DNA of 64,000 nucleotides from Rhina ancylostomus (GCA_030265395.1 JARFYF010000022.1:44265924-44329923), one strand, 5' to 3'. Shown: positions 36,401 through 51,301, counted from the stretch's first letter. Notes: generated by a model from the sequence alone, not told the origin. Numbers and translations are program-made.

Positions 36401-37988
36401 ACGTGGTTTGTGCTTTTGCATTTAGTAGCAATAGTGGGCAAATAAACTACAAATGGAGGAGGGGGGTTGGTGTTGGAGGGAAGTGTTCTTTCTGACTGAA
36501 TGGGTTCAGCCTAGTTGTAGGGATCTTGTGAAGAAGTATCTTGCCTGATGATTTTTCTGGATGTCCATCAGTCACTGGGGAAGCCCTAACCTATTTCCTG
36601 CCGAGAATTGAGGCACAGGTTATTGGCAAGGGCACTGAGTGTTGGAGAATCACAGCATTAAAGAGAAAATCTTTAAGCAATGTTTGTCCTTTCGGCTACA
36701 TGTACCACTGTAACTGTATCTGCTCTTTGGTGAGGAAATGGCTATGATTAATGTTTATAGAACTAATGCAACCATCAGTCATTTAAAGTATCCTCTGACT
36801 GAGAACTTATTGCAATGCTGTAACCAGAATCCAAAGGTCTAAGCCCACTTGTATGGGGAGAGACAGCCTACGTTCTATTTGCAGCAGTACAAGGGCCAGT
36901 GATGCAAGGAAAATCTTTTTTTGTACCACATTGGAAGCAAATATGCAGTTACTGAGTCAATTTTACATTAACCCACAATCTTCATATTACTTTTGAGCAC
37001 ACTTTACTACATTGTTACTTCTCCTCCCTTGAGATAGAGTTGTATCTTTGGACTTTTTAATCTTTTATTACATACGAGTTTTTGCTGTATTGTTTTTCAG
37101 TGAGGGAAGGACTATTAAGATTTTGACGCAGGAATGTTAGACAGTATTTTAAAGATGATTAATCCTGCTTCCCTAAGTAATATTTTGTCTTGTACTGCTT
37201 TTACATGTGTTAATATATATTGTTTCCTGTGCACCTCCTCTTCTGTCATTGGTGCGAGTATCTAGTTGTCACCTACAGTTTGTGGGTGGATGTTAATACG
37301 AGAATTTGGAAATGTAATGTCAAAGTTTATAGCAAACTTTTTGTACAGAACCACATTTGATTCTCCATACTATCCTCATCTGATAAAATGTGTATTTTTT
37401 TTCCTGTCTTTAAACAATGTTTACACATATTTTGGAGATATTTAAGTTTGTAGCAAGTTTTTTTTTCCCCCAGTAATTAATTCCTGGGTATTACCCTTCC
37501 TGTCCCCTTCTCTGTGGATAGGATCTGATCAAAATGTGCAAGATGTAACCTGTCTCTTAAGGACTGTACTTGAGATTTAATGTACAGGAATGAGCAAAAT
37601 GAGATAAAGCGTGACTGTTTCTAGATGTTAAAAAAATTGCTGCTTGAGACATTATCTTCTTTGAAGTAGTGTTTCTAATCCCAATGCCTTGGATTTGGCT
37701 GTTAGATATTCTGATTTAATTGTTTTATCATGGCCCTCAATGTGAGGATGCGTTGGGCTGTTAGGCCCCAAGGCCAACTCTGAAGTGGGGTTGCTGTCAT
37801 CCAGGAGAAGGCCAGCTTCCACAGTGCCAAGTACTCAGATGTGGTATTTTATTGCATTCTGGTCCTATCGTTTTAATTTCTGATTTCCAATATCTGTAGG
37901 GCTTTATTGCCTGTTTTTTGATTGGTCATTCATAGAAAATCATTGATGCTATGTGGAGCTACAGGCTTTCCTGTTTTGCTTTGTTGAT

Positions 37989-38239
37989 CCAAGACTATCT
38001 TCCAGCTCTAGGGTAGTTCCTGTAGAATTTTTCTATTGAAAGTTTAAGTACACTTGTATGTTATGGTTTTTTAATTTCTGGGTGTTTTATAACTTGGCTA
38101 ATCGAAGTTGAAGCACATTTCTTATATATAATATTTTGACAAGGGTAGTCCAGTGGTCGTACATCTTGCCTGAATAAATTGCCATATTCGTAGTGTTACT
38201 GTTTTTGGTTTCCATTGTGGTAGGGTCTATAGGTTGGTA
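37989..38239 (+). repeat. Diverged direct duplication, copy 1
   Basis: Aligns by eye with 39139-39388. Confidence 0.9.
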
Positions 38240-38568
38240 CAGATGATCTACGTTTTGTTTTTACAAATGCTGACCAAAATTGACAAATCTGCCAACCATT
38301 TCTTAAGGTATTGTCTGGTACCCTATTCTGCCTTGTTCTGGTCCATTTTCATCTTGGGCAGTTTTAACCTGCTTTACAGACTTCTTCCTGTTTTTGGATA
38401 AGTGATTAAACCAAGGCCCTATCTAACCCCTTGAGTGTTAAAAGGTTTAAGAGAAAACTGTTTCTGATCGACTCCCCAGTGTCACAGATCTGGTTGTTAA
38501 CTTATNNNNNNNNNNGTGTAAGTTGTCTGCTGTATTGCCAGTAACTTTGGGAAGGCACTAAGTAAATC

Positions 38569-38790
38569 ATAGGACAGTACAGCACAATGCAGGCCCTTCA
38601 GCCCACAATGTTGTGCTGACCTTTAAACCTCACCTAAGACTATCTAACTCCTTCCGCCCACATATCCCGCTGTTTTAAATTCCTCCATATATGTTTATCT
38701 AGCAATCTTTTGAATTTAACCAATGTCCCTGCCTCCACCACTATCCCAGGCAGCGCATTCCATGCCCCAACCACTCTCTGGGTAAAAGAA
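38569..38790 (-). mobile_element. CR1 LINE 3' fragment
   Basis: cataggacagtacagcac...aggcccttcagcccacaatgttgtgc...ggcagcgcattccatgccccaaccactctctgggtaaa. Confidence 0.75.
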
Positions 38791-39138
38791 TGCCTTCCTG
38801 AACCAGATCTTGCTTTTTGAATACTCTGGCTGAATCTCTTGTTCTCCTGGTAGCAGATATAATGACAAAAAAATTGATTCAGCTTTAAATATGCATTTCA
38901 TGTTCATTATTAGGACAAAACCACTTGCAGTCTCTTACTTGTAGAAGGGCAAACAGGCAGTACAGGTGGGCATAGAATGTGTGGTTTCTCTCAGCTAAGT
39001 ATTTCAATGGTAAGAGAGTAACCAGAGAGAAAAAATAAAGGTTCCTGTAAGGACTAAGGAATCAATCTGTGCATGGAACTAGTGGATGAATTTTTTCTTC
39101 CTTTGTATACCTGTGGCCACTTGAAGAAACCTTTTCTT

Positions 39139-39388
39139 CCAAGTCTATCTTCCTGCTCTCTGGTAGTTCCTGTAGAAGTTTTCTATTGAAAGTTTAAGTA
39201 CACTTGTATGTTTTGGGTTTTTTATAACTTGGCTAATCAAAGTTGAAGCACATTTCTTGTATACAATTTTTTGACAAGGGTAGTCAAGTGGTTCTACATC
39301 AATCTCTGTGTACATCTTACCTGAACAAATTGCCATACTTGTAGTGTTACTGTTTTGGTTTCCATTGTGGTAGAGTCATAAGTTGGTG
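39139..39388 (+). repeat. Diverged direct duplication, copy 2
   Basis: Shares ttctattgaaagtttaagtacacttgtatgtt and later blocks with copy 1. Confidence 0.9.
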
Positions 39389-39764
39389 TGAAGATGACAT
39401 GACCAATTTTAATGGCTGATCCGGCTAGGACAGGATTCATCGTTCTCTTCACGTGGTACAATGCACCATCAGTGCCCTTAGAAAATAATATTAATTCTAC
39501 CCGCTTTCTATATAGAAAATCAACAACCTTTTTTACCAGCAGAAAATATCCTATTAATAAATTTGTCATAGTTAAGTATAACACATGGTTAATCCTTTAT
39601 TGAAATATGTTCACAATGATTACTGACACTTATTATGTTCACTGCTTTGTGTAAATTGGATGATATCTGTACAGCTGGTTTGTTTTGGGGTATGTGGGGA
39701 CACTGGGGACTTCAATCATATTATGTAGTTTGTTTATAATGTAATGGTCAACCTCTAACTTTCA

Positions 39765-39770
39765 AATAAA
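39765..39770 (+). terminator. Candidate distal poly(A) signal of the RhoGAP gene
   Basis: AATAAA followed by a T-rich tract (~39809-39818), at the end of the plus-strand T-rich zone; not confirmed by transcripts. Confidence 0.4.
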
Positions 39771-40974
39771 ATGTGAATATCATGTAAACAGGTGCTTTTA
39801 CATCTGGCATTTTTTTTTACTCCATGAAGTTAAATAACATTGGATCAGCTATACCAGCATCTTCCCAGTTGAGCAGTGGATCTAATTAACTTTGCAGTGC
39901 ATATTTATGATTGATTTGTGGTACTTCTGTCATTCACCTGAAGCAGAGTCTGGAACTAAGACTGAATCATGATGTACAGTTTAGAGCTAAATTATGGTAA
40001 CATTCAAACTACCCCTCCTCCCTCCCTCCTGCAACAGAAAGCTCCTCTGTAACTGAGAGCAGGCCAACTTACCCAAAAGAGAAATTAGAGAATGAAAGAA
40101 ACAGAAGTATACCAAAAAATTATTAATAATTTGCTGTTTATTGAAAAACAAACTAATCTGTATCCAAGTAGAAATGTGTGAAAGGCAAGTAGATAGAGAA
40201 TTTAGTTTCATCTGCAAAGAGACAGCCAGCCATCTGTTTCTGTTGGTTGCATGATTAAGTTGCCTTCTACCTGGAGCATTAAACTCCCTCAAAAGTTGCT
40301 GATCATTGTTAAAGCTACACTAACCCCCAAGTTTGCAGCAGTATAACTTTGGATTTGTGCAATCAGAAATAATCCAAAAACAGCAATGCCATATGGAAGC
40401 GATTCCAATTGTGCTGGTGTCACAACCACCCTGTACTTAAACAAAAACTAACCACTTCAGATAACTCAGAATCCACCATATACACTGCAAGTTAAATGTC
40501 CAAATCAAAATGCAAATAAGAAAGGCAGATAGAAATGAACAAAGAAAGAATATCAAAGTTAGGTAATTAGAAAGACATTTACAAAATAATAAACACAGAA
40601 GACCAATCTCTCCCTCATGTCTCTGCAAGAGTAATCCAAGTCCATTGGAAGAATCAGCAATCCAAAAGCAGCAGAAATAGATAAAATAAAGACTATTTCT
40701 GTTGACAGTGTGAACGGCCAAGAACACTATTTACACAGGTTTGACTGAATCTAGGTCTAATTTGCATTTGAAATACAAAATCCAGGAATCAATAATGAAG
40801 CTACTTTATTTCTTTGTGGAACACTCACCATCCTTTAAATGTTCCTGGTGCTCAGTAGAAAACTTGAGGCATGATCCCACTGTGCCCAAGTCAATGGGGA
40901 AGCAATTACTCCAAAGCAATTAAAATTTTAAACGAAGGTGCCGAAACTGTGCTGGATTGCAATTTCCAGTAAAA

Positions 40975-40980
40975 TTTATT
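40975..40980 (-). terminator. Candidate distal poly(A) signal of the PHF21A-like gene
   Basis: tttatt on plus (AATAAA on minus) near the edge of the minus-strand T-rich, UTR-like zone. Confidence 0.3.
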
Positions 40981-43900
40981 TTGGCCACCATTTCCTCAGG
41001 AGAAAAAATATGAAAAATGAAATAAACCAGAATTTGTCATCCTAAAAAATATTTCTACCTGTTCAGACTTGCATCATACAAAAAAACATGGTCAAAACAG
41101 TCAAAAAAGCATTGTGTACAATCTTTACTTAGCAAAGAATAAAATAAATACAAATTGATCCAAAAGGTTTCAGATGCATCTCAAGATTTTTGTCCTTTTT
41201 TTTGTTTTTAAGTACAGCTATTATCTAGATACATCACGAATTTAAAATTCACAATGGCTTTCAAACAAGGGGAAAAAGTGAGTAAATAAGAGGCTTAAAC
41301 TGCTAGAATGAAAAAAATATTTAGCACAGGATCTTGGACAAACAATATTAGAAAACAATTACAATTTAAAAAAGCCTGTTGAGTTTGCAGTTTTTCTATC
41401 AAACCAACTTGGGAAAAAGTCCTATACAATTCCAAAAAACTGAACACCACTATCTTACAATAAGCACTGATATTGAACCAGTGTAATGATACATTTTACA
41501 CAAATTGCAGCACATTCAAACAGTTGTAGTGTTTGCCCTCCTTAATGGTGACACTTCCTGCTTAATTATCTGCATTAAATCTGGAAGCATGAGGCAAAGA
41601 AACGCGATTATTTTTGCTTGTATAGTTTTCCTGTTTCATTTTGTTTGCCTACCCCCTCTTTATATATACACAATAATGTAAAAGTACTGCGCATATGAGG
41701 TAAGAGACTATTTTAAAAAAACACAATGTAAACTGTTAGTGCCCTTTGTGAGGACTGCTATCCATAAATCACTTCTCAATCTGCTGCTTGAAGGATAATC
41801 AAGTGTTTAAAAAATGCTGCCAGCAATTCCTACTGCCATTTGTAACCTTCATAACTATTAATTCGGCCAATGTGATTTTTGCAGAGGAGGAGGTATTATA
41901 GTTACTCTGGCAAATAAATTCTTAAAAATAGCTCAATTCATAACCTCATGTGAGCAGAATTCATTTTTCATTCAGAGCTCACTAGGGTGCCTCATTACAA
42001 CAAAAACAATTAGTTGGCTGTTTGGTTTTGAAAACAGGATCTATTGCTGCATTAGTTGAGGTCACATGCAGTAAAACATCACCATCAGCATTTTTAGTTC
42101 TCCAAACAATCGTTCCATAAAGCATTGCTTCCTTACCGCATCCCACTGCCACCATAGACTAGGTCAGGGATCAAGTGCAGTCCTCGTGGTACCTTGTACA
42201 AAAGCCAGAAGCAGCTCAGTGGGTTGGGTTGGGTGAGCTGATCCCAGGCTGTTAATAGGTGCATTAAAATACAGGTTTGTTAGGAAGAATGAGGAGGGGA
42301 ATAAAGTCACCGTTTCTGTTTCCATTGGCCTTCTGAAAATGTACACGTTTTACCAGGTTTGTTTTCTTGAATATGGGTGGGCCCTATCATGTATGTATAT
42401 ACCATCAAGTGTGTATTGCCTAGTGTACCAGGTAGTATGTGTGCACAAGAATGACTAAGTTGACAATCATCATCATCTCAGATCTCAAAGAGGCAACAAC
42501 TCTGGAACATTATCTCTAATCAATTTGGCAACTTTAGGAGCAAACAAGATGTGGGAAGTTTTTTGTTTTTAAAAAAAAGTTGTGGACTGTGGTGATCGAG
42601 TTAAGTTAGTTCATTTAAGTATTTGCTCAATTGTTCTTACAGGCTGGGAATTCCTGGAAAGTATCTCTCTGTTTTGACCGTATTCTAAATAAAGTACAAA
42701 AGGTAAAATTGATGGTGAAAATTAACTTCAAGTGACTCTAAAAAAACACTTAAAAAAAATTCCAAATTTAATTTAGTAGTTTAGAAAACCACAACATTTA
42801 AGGTAGANNNNNNNNNNNNNNNNNNNNNNNNNNNNNNNNNNNNNNNNNNNNNNNNNNNNNNNNNNNNNNNNNNNNNNNNNNNNNNNNNNNNNNNNNNNNN
42901 NNNNNNNAGGTAGACAGATCAGGAAAACTGTAAGGGTAATTTCAAAAGCATTCCTTTTTTTCAGATAAATTGTAAAGCCTTTTATTGGTTTCAGAAAATA
43001 GAGTGAGCCCCTGTGAAGCAGTTTCAGGCAGCAGGAATTGGCTCAATGCGAACAGAAAGTAAATTTAAATGCCCTCCAATTAAGCATGATCTGCCAAAAG
43101 AGAGGAAAAATACCAGTAATGACAAAATAATTTAAATTGGAAAAACATGTGCAAAATTTTATATTGTACCATAGTTAGTTATATGCCTTTTGAGAAAGCC
43201 TCTACTTCTGCTCTCTTTACAGTAAACAGATATAATACTGATGCTGGTTTGATCTCAATTCCAGTCCACAGAACGTCACTGATTGCTGCCACATTCACAT
43301 TCTTTTTGTTTACAAATATATCATCAGAAAGCACAGAGCAGGTAGTGTGACAAGGTACTGAGGGCTCTGTGACAAATACAAACATTGACATTTAACATAC
43401 TATTGAATCTGCCACTTATAATTCATTCAGTGCAGTACTGCTTCCTGTTCTGCCAAGCTCAAACACACAAAAATCAGTTATTTTTATTCATTTTGGTAAC
43501 TACACCATTGGCTTTTCAGAGCATGAGTCAAAAGCTACGACAGGATTAGCTCTGTGCACTATCAGATTTTAAAACTTTTTCTATAAGTAATAAAAACTCA
43601 CCTTGCAGCCTTTAAAATCTATATTTTTGGCTTCAGGAATATTATTTACAGTCAACACTGTTTGAATGGAACATGGTCCCCAGTGTTGATTTTCAGGCAG
43701 ACAACTTTCTTTGATAGACAAATACCTAAATGTGTGTCTGGAGTTCAGCAAACCGGGACTGGATGTTGTCATTTCAGTTCTAGATGAATGAACAAGTTAA
43801 TAAGATCACCTCTCCACCCCCATTACCCAACTCTGCTCTGCACCAGGCAAAAATCAGACACCTCCACCAAGATGCCACCACAGGATCTGTGGTAAATTCT

Positions 43901-46900
43901 GACAACCACCAGAATTTTATCAAGTGGAAGGAATCATTAAAAAAAAATCAGTGTGTTTGAGACTGGGCTTTCACAGATGTAACCACAGTGCTTCTAACAC
44001 TAGAAGGTATCAAATACTACTGCAGAACTATTCATTTCTACATTCAGGTTGAGGACATCCTGAATACTTGTTGAATGCCAAGCACAATGCCAATACTTGA
44101 AGCAATGTCACAGAAGCACTAGCTAAATATAATAGGAATAGACGAACAAGATAAACAAAAAGTATTCAAGTACAGATAACTAAAGAAACAACTACTGCTG
44201 TGAAATTAATTGTATAATTATACTTTTATAGCACTCAGTGCAACTTTTAGTGACTAGTATTTTAGGAGATAATTTACAATAGGGAAACAAACAAAAGACA
44301 GATAGAGAGACATCAAAGTATGCCTGGAGTCTCTCTAGTTTCTTTTTAAGGCTATACCTGCAGTCAATGGTATGAAGAGCCCTGAGCGAGAGCAGATTAC
44401 AGATCCAAGCACATGGCTAACACTGGATCAAACTCTGTCATAAGGTTATTTGGAGCCAGCAAAAAGGAAGATTGGTTCCAGGAGTTTACTCTATCATGGG
44501 CACATTTGGAAAGAATCAATTTGTTCATTGACTATACTGTTCATATTTTGCTGTAAAATTATCCACAACTTCCAGTCCAGGTAACTGATAATCGAGGCAC
44601 GGGAAAATGTTGCACATACTTCCTATTTCCTCCTCCATCCCCACACTATTAGTCTGTTTTATGTCACAAGCTGTCAAATAATCTTTGGAAAGCTGACTAA
44701 AACTCCCACTTGCAATGACAAACCATCCTGAGTGTTCGGTAACTGTAAATTATGCTTAGGAGCTGATTGGACCCTTGGTAAAATAAAAGTTGGAAGCAGA
44801 CCATAGTGCTTCCTACATGCCACAGTACAGAATGGCAAGAGCAATTACAGGGGATCAGCCCGGGTGTTGTGGGAGAATGAGGGAATTAGTGAGGGATAAA
44901 CTTTTTACTCTTTATTAATCAGGTCACAGCGAGTGGGGGTGTGGCAGGAATATTAAGGCATCCTCCAGCCAGCCACAGTGAAAGATTGTCCGGAAATAGG
45001 CCACCTGCCTCTCTAGGCTGCGAGGCAGGAACATAGGCAGTGCATAGAACAAGAGGGCCTAGAAAATGCTTGATATGTAGATGTTCCATGCCATTCTGGA
45101 CATGACAAAATATAGAATGATATGGATCTTGCAAAAGTTATAAATTATTTTAATGTGTCAATATATTAGTGAGAAATAACCTGGTACCAACCACATCACA
45201 TGTTGCACCCTCAGGTCACCTTAGTTGAAATGACTAGGGGCTTTCCTCACGCAGAACAGAAAGTTAGGGTGTTCCCCTAAGCCGAACTATTTGAGGGGTG
45301 GGGTAAGTGGGAGTGGGGTAAGTAGGCGTGGAAAGCTTACATTAGATGGCAGTATTTTTCAGAGTCTCATTTACACATTCCTCATTAAGAAATGTTTACC
45401 TTCACAAAACTAAGAATGCACCCATTTTTAGAACCCACAAATGCATCAGTGCTTCTTTCTTTAGGACATCATTGCTGGTTGGAACCCATTCTTAAAATGA
45501 AGACAAGATTGCTCAACATATGTGGAGACAAATGAGTTAATTCCAGTTGAACTCTGCAACTTTATCACACTGAAAAATCCTGAGATTGAAGCAGCAAAAT
45601 TAATTCTCAAAGACTAAAGTAAATGAATTATGCCATAAGATTTTTCTATTTAAAAATATTATAATTGTTCAGTCTGAAGTATCTGAATTTCTACCAGTGA
45701 ATTCTGATAGGCCAAACACTTTTTAAAATGTTTTCTTAAAACCTTAAAAGATAACGATACCATCAATTGCGCATAGCTAATTTGTAACATTGAGCAACGT
45801 CCCTTCCTATTCCTCAAACTACTGAAAAATTTAACAGTGTTCTTAGGCTTTAATTTCTTAAGTATTAGACTCCCAGTGTGATCGTCAGGACAACACTCAC
45901 CTTTCATCATTACTGAAGAGACTGATTTGCATATTGCAGGTTATTTCACAGTAGGAACACAACCACATTTTGCTCTGCTAAAAACTGGCAGGTGCAGCAT
46001 GATGGTGGAGATTTGCAACACAGTTGGTTGGACTGGTCCTGTATTGGTTCTATGTGACACCAGCTTCAGTGGATTTAAGCACTGTTGCACCTCTCACATA
46101 CAATAAATATGATACCACATCATGGTGTTGTGAGGGTTGTTAGTGGGATAGCAGAGGGGGAAGAGACAAAGTACATTCAGCATGATGATTAAAATCCACC
46201 TTTGTGTAATTATTTTAATTATTAAAGTTCACCTTTGAAGCTAAGGGAAATGAGAAGAGTTGGTATTTTCTAAAGCCGAATAGTTTGCTTTACTCGTCCA
46301 ACTCACTATCAGTTGATATGCAGTAAAAATTAATCACAACTTACACATAGCAGCACAGACATTTTTTTCTCCCTTCTCCCAAGTTCAAACTATTCTCAGT
46401 CTGGAAGGTGAAAACTATTCTCTGCCTCTGAGTGGGTCTGAAAAGAGTGAAACATCATCAGCTTTTGCAATGATCTCAGATGACACGACTACAAGCTGGG
46501 GAATTCAATGAAGCAACTAGCGGGGAATTCACTAAATTGTAACCACCAGATCATCACATCAACTGCTGTGAGAAATATTGTGAAGAGGAATCACCAGAAG
46601 TTCTGCTCGGTAAAGAAAAAGAGGTGTGTGTGTGTGTTCGTGCACACATTCACACCATCTGTANNNNNNNNNNNNNNNNNNNNNNNNNNNNNNNNNNNNN
46701 NNNNNNNNNNNNNNNNNNNNNNNNNNNNNNNNNNNNNNNNNNNNNNNNNNNNNNNNNNNNNNNNNNNNNNNNNNNNNNNNNNNNNNNNNNNNNNNNNNNN
46801 NNNNNNNNNNNNNNNNNNNNNNNNNNNNNNNNNNNNNNNNNNNNNNNNNNNNNNNNNNNNNNNNNNNNNNNNNNNNNNNNNNNNNNNNNNNNNNNCCCCC

Positions 46901-46907
46901 CCCCCTC

Positions 46908-46993
46908 CCCACAGATGCTGCTTGACCCTTTGAGTTCCTATAGTAAATTGCTTGTTGCTCCAGATTCCAGCGTCTGTAGTTTCCTGTGTCTCC
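46908..46993 (+). mobile_element. Penelope pLTR-family fragment
   Basis: cagatgctgcttgacc..tgagttcct...gttgctccagattccagc matches 28380-28460. Confidence 0.65.
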
Positions 46994-46995
46994 AT

Positions 46996-47202
46996 GACTG
47001 TTTGAGGTGGAGGAGCATTCCGGATAATATTCAAAACTGAGGATATGCATCGGTCACGAAGAAGCCCTGCCATAAAGGCGGATGATTAGCGTCACTTCAT
47101 TACTACCCACCTGTCCCGTCTGTGGAAGAGTCCATATTAACCACCGCAGATCCCACAATACTGGAGTCATGCTCCATCCCAAGGAGCTGTCTAGGAAGGA
47201 GG
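46996..47202 (+). mobile_element. RTE-clade LINE 3' end
   Basis: cctgtcccgtctgtggaagagtc (CPVCGRV zinc-knuckle remnant) and gtcat..ccatcccaagg tail. Confidence 0.55.
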
Positions 47203-50200
47203 ATCTGCAGATAATTAGGAATCAATGACTAGATCTTTAAATGAGTGTCCTTGAATCTGTTTTAATTTAACCAACTAATTTCAAGTGAACTAAAGCACAC
47301 TTTTGAAAACTAAGTGACCTGAAAAGGATATAAAATAGCATTAGAGGTTCATAGCTGGGCATTCTTTAAATCATTCAAATAAGGGTCCTGATAGCTATCA
47401 GAAACGTTAAAGTATTTATTCTATGAATTACTGCTTTAAACTAAAATGCAGGCTTTTGTGTTTTTAATAAAATTATTCCTCTCAGAAGTGTTAGTTTCTT
47501 GCTGGGAATAGTTTTAAGTCAGATGGGGCCCAACTATATAACCATTCTTCACTGGTGAGACTAGACAATGAGTGTGAAGTAAAAGGAATCCCATTGCTCA
47601 CCCAATATTCACACCTACTAGATAATGATCAGCATCAGGATACCAGAACAATTGACAATTTTCAAACCAACTGGGACAATCCCAATCAGCCCATAAGTGT
47701 TCAGACTTCTGGGTTCAACTGATTTGTGTCTTTTCCAATAAGGCCCAAAGCAGCAAAATCTTGTTTTGTACCAGTGTCAAATTAAATGAAGTTGGGATAA
47801 TGTTCTCTTTAAACCTCCCTGGAAATAATAGTTACAGAAAATCACCAGGACTGGAAATAGGCCATGACAAATGGGGACAATTTATTGAAGTTTATCTTTC
47901 ATAGTAAGAACTTGTAACTTACTGGTTGTAACCATCTCGAGATGTTAAAAGTATAGTGGGAAGCTGATAAAGAGTAGGCAGGGGCACTCATAAATATTCA
48001 ACCTGTTTTGTAGATGGCACTGGAGAAACATCATCATTGCACAGTGTTTGCATTTTTCCATCAGATTAACAAGTACTTCCTGTTACCTGCTAAATTAACA
48101 AAACCTACTCACTTTGACATAAAAGCAGAAAATGCTAGAAATATGAGGCACGGCTGACCTGTTGAATGTTTCCAGCAATTTTTGTTTTTATTTCAGATTT
48201 CAAGCACTTCAATTTTTTAAATTTTTGTCTGCTCACTTTGCCCTTTCATTGTGTTCTAAAATAACCATGATGAAAATAATATGTTGCATTTAACTGAACT
48301 GGCCCCAAAATCCCATGCCTGCCCACTCCAGTTAGTTTGAGCCTTGTCACGGAGCTCTGAGTCCATTCCATTAACTCAGGAATGAATCAACAGGCAAGCT
48401 GGAATGAAACAACTCAGGTAAACAAGGACACTGAGAATGGAGCCAAAAGAACATGAAAGCATCTCAGGTTTGTTTATATATGCCATACATGCCCTGCGAT
48501 TTCACACTCATTAGTTTAAATTAATAGAAGTTTACATAAACTGAGTCAAACACATTCTTTGAGAAAAATTTTATAATTCAATAAACTGCACTGAAGTTAT
48601 AGACAAGTTCATATTTTGCTCAAAATTTAAAGTTTCACACACACAGGCATTGGGTGTGTGTCTAACAGCAGTGTTGATCTCAAAACAAAGTAAATCTCCC
48701 GAACTCGAATAACCATAAATACATACATTTTTACAAAGTCTTTTTTTTGCTAACTTTGCTGGAGGTGTTCTGTGGCGTTGTTGCAAAAATAATCATTCTG
48801 ACCTCAACTCTCAAAATGTACTTTTAAACTATGAACATTGTACAAAAGTGCGTAACTAATATACCAGCCTGAACTAGCTGTTAGAAAACCCCTTTAAATC
48901 GTGGCTACGTGTCCTAAAGATTTTTATAAAGAAACAGGTAAGTTGTAAGTGAGGGAAATCCTGTTAATTATCACTATGAGTCTGTGTGATACAATCCAAA
49001 TTGTTTTTGTGCTCCCAATCTAATTATTTTAATATATTACACTTAATTCTAACTCATTCACATTCCTTATTTCCTTCCAGTCTTCAACAATGCAGTTTAC
49101 CAGCATTGATCATCAGTTAAGTTTTACATCACTTGTCCGTATAGGATTATCTATCCTCTTGCAAATTTGGTTCGGGACAGTTCCATAGATTAAATATTCC
49201 AGTCCTAAGAGAACAATATCTGACTGGGTCTGATTAATGAGCTGATTTGGGGGCTGATGTGTTCCAGACCTGACTGACCAAACCTGCTCCAGTCAGCCCT
49301 ACTTTGCCAAGAAGTACACAAAAAGTCTTGGTTTTGACTTTGCAAGAGTTTTGAATCAGGATCAGAAGAGGTGGCATCAATGTTCCCAAAAAATTGACAA
49401 AAATACATTCTAAAAATAACACTGGATTTTCTAAAGTGTAACTAATATTTGAGATGAGCTAGGCTGCGAGGAAAGAAAAGTCCAACGGACCATTGACAGA
49501 TTTTTTGTTAATTGACCAAGAGGGGGCCAGGTTGAGAAGAATCCTTACTTTATCCTTCCCCATTCAGTTCAATAAAACCAGGCAAATTCTACCCACAAAA
49601 TTACATTAATTCTAACCATATAAATGCACATTTTGTTTTGTAAATAGAAATAATGGTACAGTATCAATGGAGTAAATATCTATCCTTTGCTGCACATGTA
49701 CTACATTCATAGTCACCAATAAATGCAACTCCAAGCCTCCCCAACCACAGTATTTTATCCAAGATGCCAAAACAGTAGCAGTTACTAACAACGTGCAACT
49801 TTCCCAACAAAGCATGAGCTTAGACGGTGAGCAGCAGCACACTGTCACAGTGAGGAAGGGCAACTTCTGGAACCAGGAACCCTATGGCTTATCCTCCTCT
49901 CAAGAATGATGTACATCTCCCTGGCTATCCCATCACCATGATTAAACGTATTTGGGCAATCACATCATGACCTGAGAGAACGAACTCAAATACACTTCAA
50001 CAGTATTCCTCATGTAGTTTGTCCCTGGAGATGATAGCAATCGTTTCCAATTTACATTAACTAGAATGCCACAAGAGAAATTTACCGAAAATGGAATACA
50101 TTTAAATTGAAAGGATTTATAGCAGAAATATTTATTCAACTCCATGCACCTCAACACTAATTTATAGTAGATTTGTATCTCTTTTACTCCACCTCCCCGA

Positions 50201-51301
50201 AGGTAGTTACCCATGCCATTGTCCGAGTTTGTGCTCACTTCCCTAGTCAGCGAGGGCCATTGGCAGGTTGCTTGATGAAAGGGGCATCAAAGGAAAAACA
50301 CGTAAATAACGATCAGGATCAGATTTATTATCACTGACATACGACTGGAAATTTATTGTTTTGCGGCAGCAGTGCAAATTTCACGTCATATGTCAGTGAT
50401 AATAAGATGATGAGATGATTTTTCTTTCCCCCCGGGATACAACTAAGTTGTGGTTCTCCTACCCTTCCTCAAGCCAAGTTGTGTTGGATTTAGCAGATAA
50501 AACAATAACTTGAATATATATAGCACCTTCAATATACCACAACAATCCAAGGTACTTAATACAAGAATACAGCAGAACATTCTTTGCACAACATTCACAT
50601 GAATAGAGTAAACCGTACTGTACAATGTGCTGAGTCCTACACTAAAAAATGGGGACACCAAGGCTATAAGGGGCAACAGTAGATCACAGCCAGGAGACTC
50701 CACTATTTAAAGTGCAAGGAGAAGTTCATGATTTGACATTGGACGTTTGAACTAGCTGAAGGATAAATAGGAACCAATAGTTGCAGGAAACAGTTTCACT
50801 TTGGGTGCACTATCAAAGATGATCTTTGATATTCTACTTGAAAGACAACAGGGGACGTGTGAATTGTACAAAAAGCAGACCTTGAAGGTCCGAACTCCCA
50901 AGATTAGGACAATATCTGAATCTTTTTTGTTTAAATGGGCTAGCAAGGAAGACTTAACAGTTAACTGGTCTATTTCAATGTTGTCCAATACATTAGCTGC
51001 ACAGCCCTTGAGAGTGGTTAGGGAAGTGGTCTCATGCTCATTTGCTCAGTGTTTGTATGTGTACTTGAACCTTTGTGGTTTTTTTAACTAAAATAGTGAT
51101 GAAAGCAATGTGTGAAAGTTTTAATGTCAATATTACTGTTACTTGTCTTGGTAGATACTTGTTAAATAAATATACATTTGTAAAGTATACTTGCATTCTT
51201 TGAGTGCTTAAAAATTCATTTTCTTGTAAATTTAGTGCCAAAATAGTGTCATGCTTGAGGTTAGCCAGTGATTTTGACTGGAGAACAGTATTCTGCATGT
51301 T

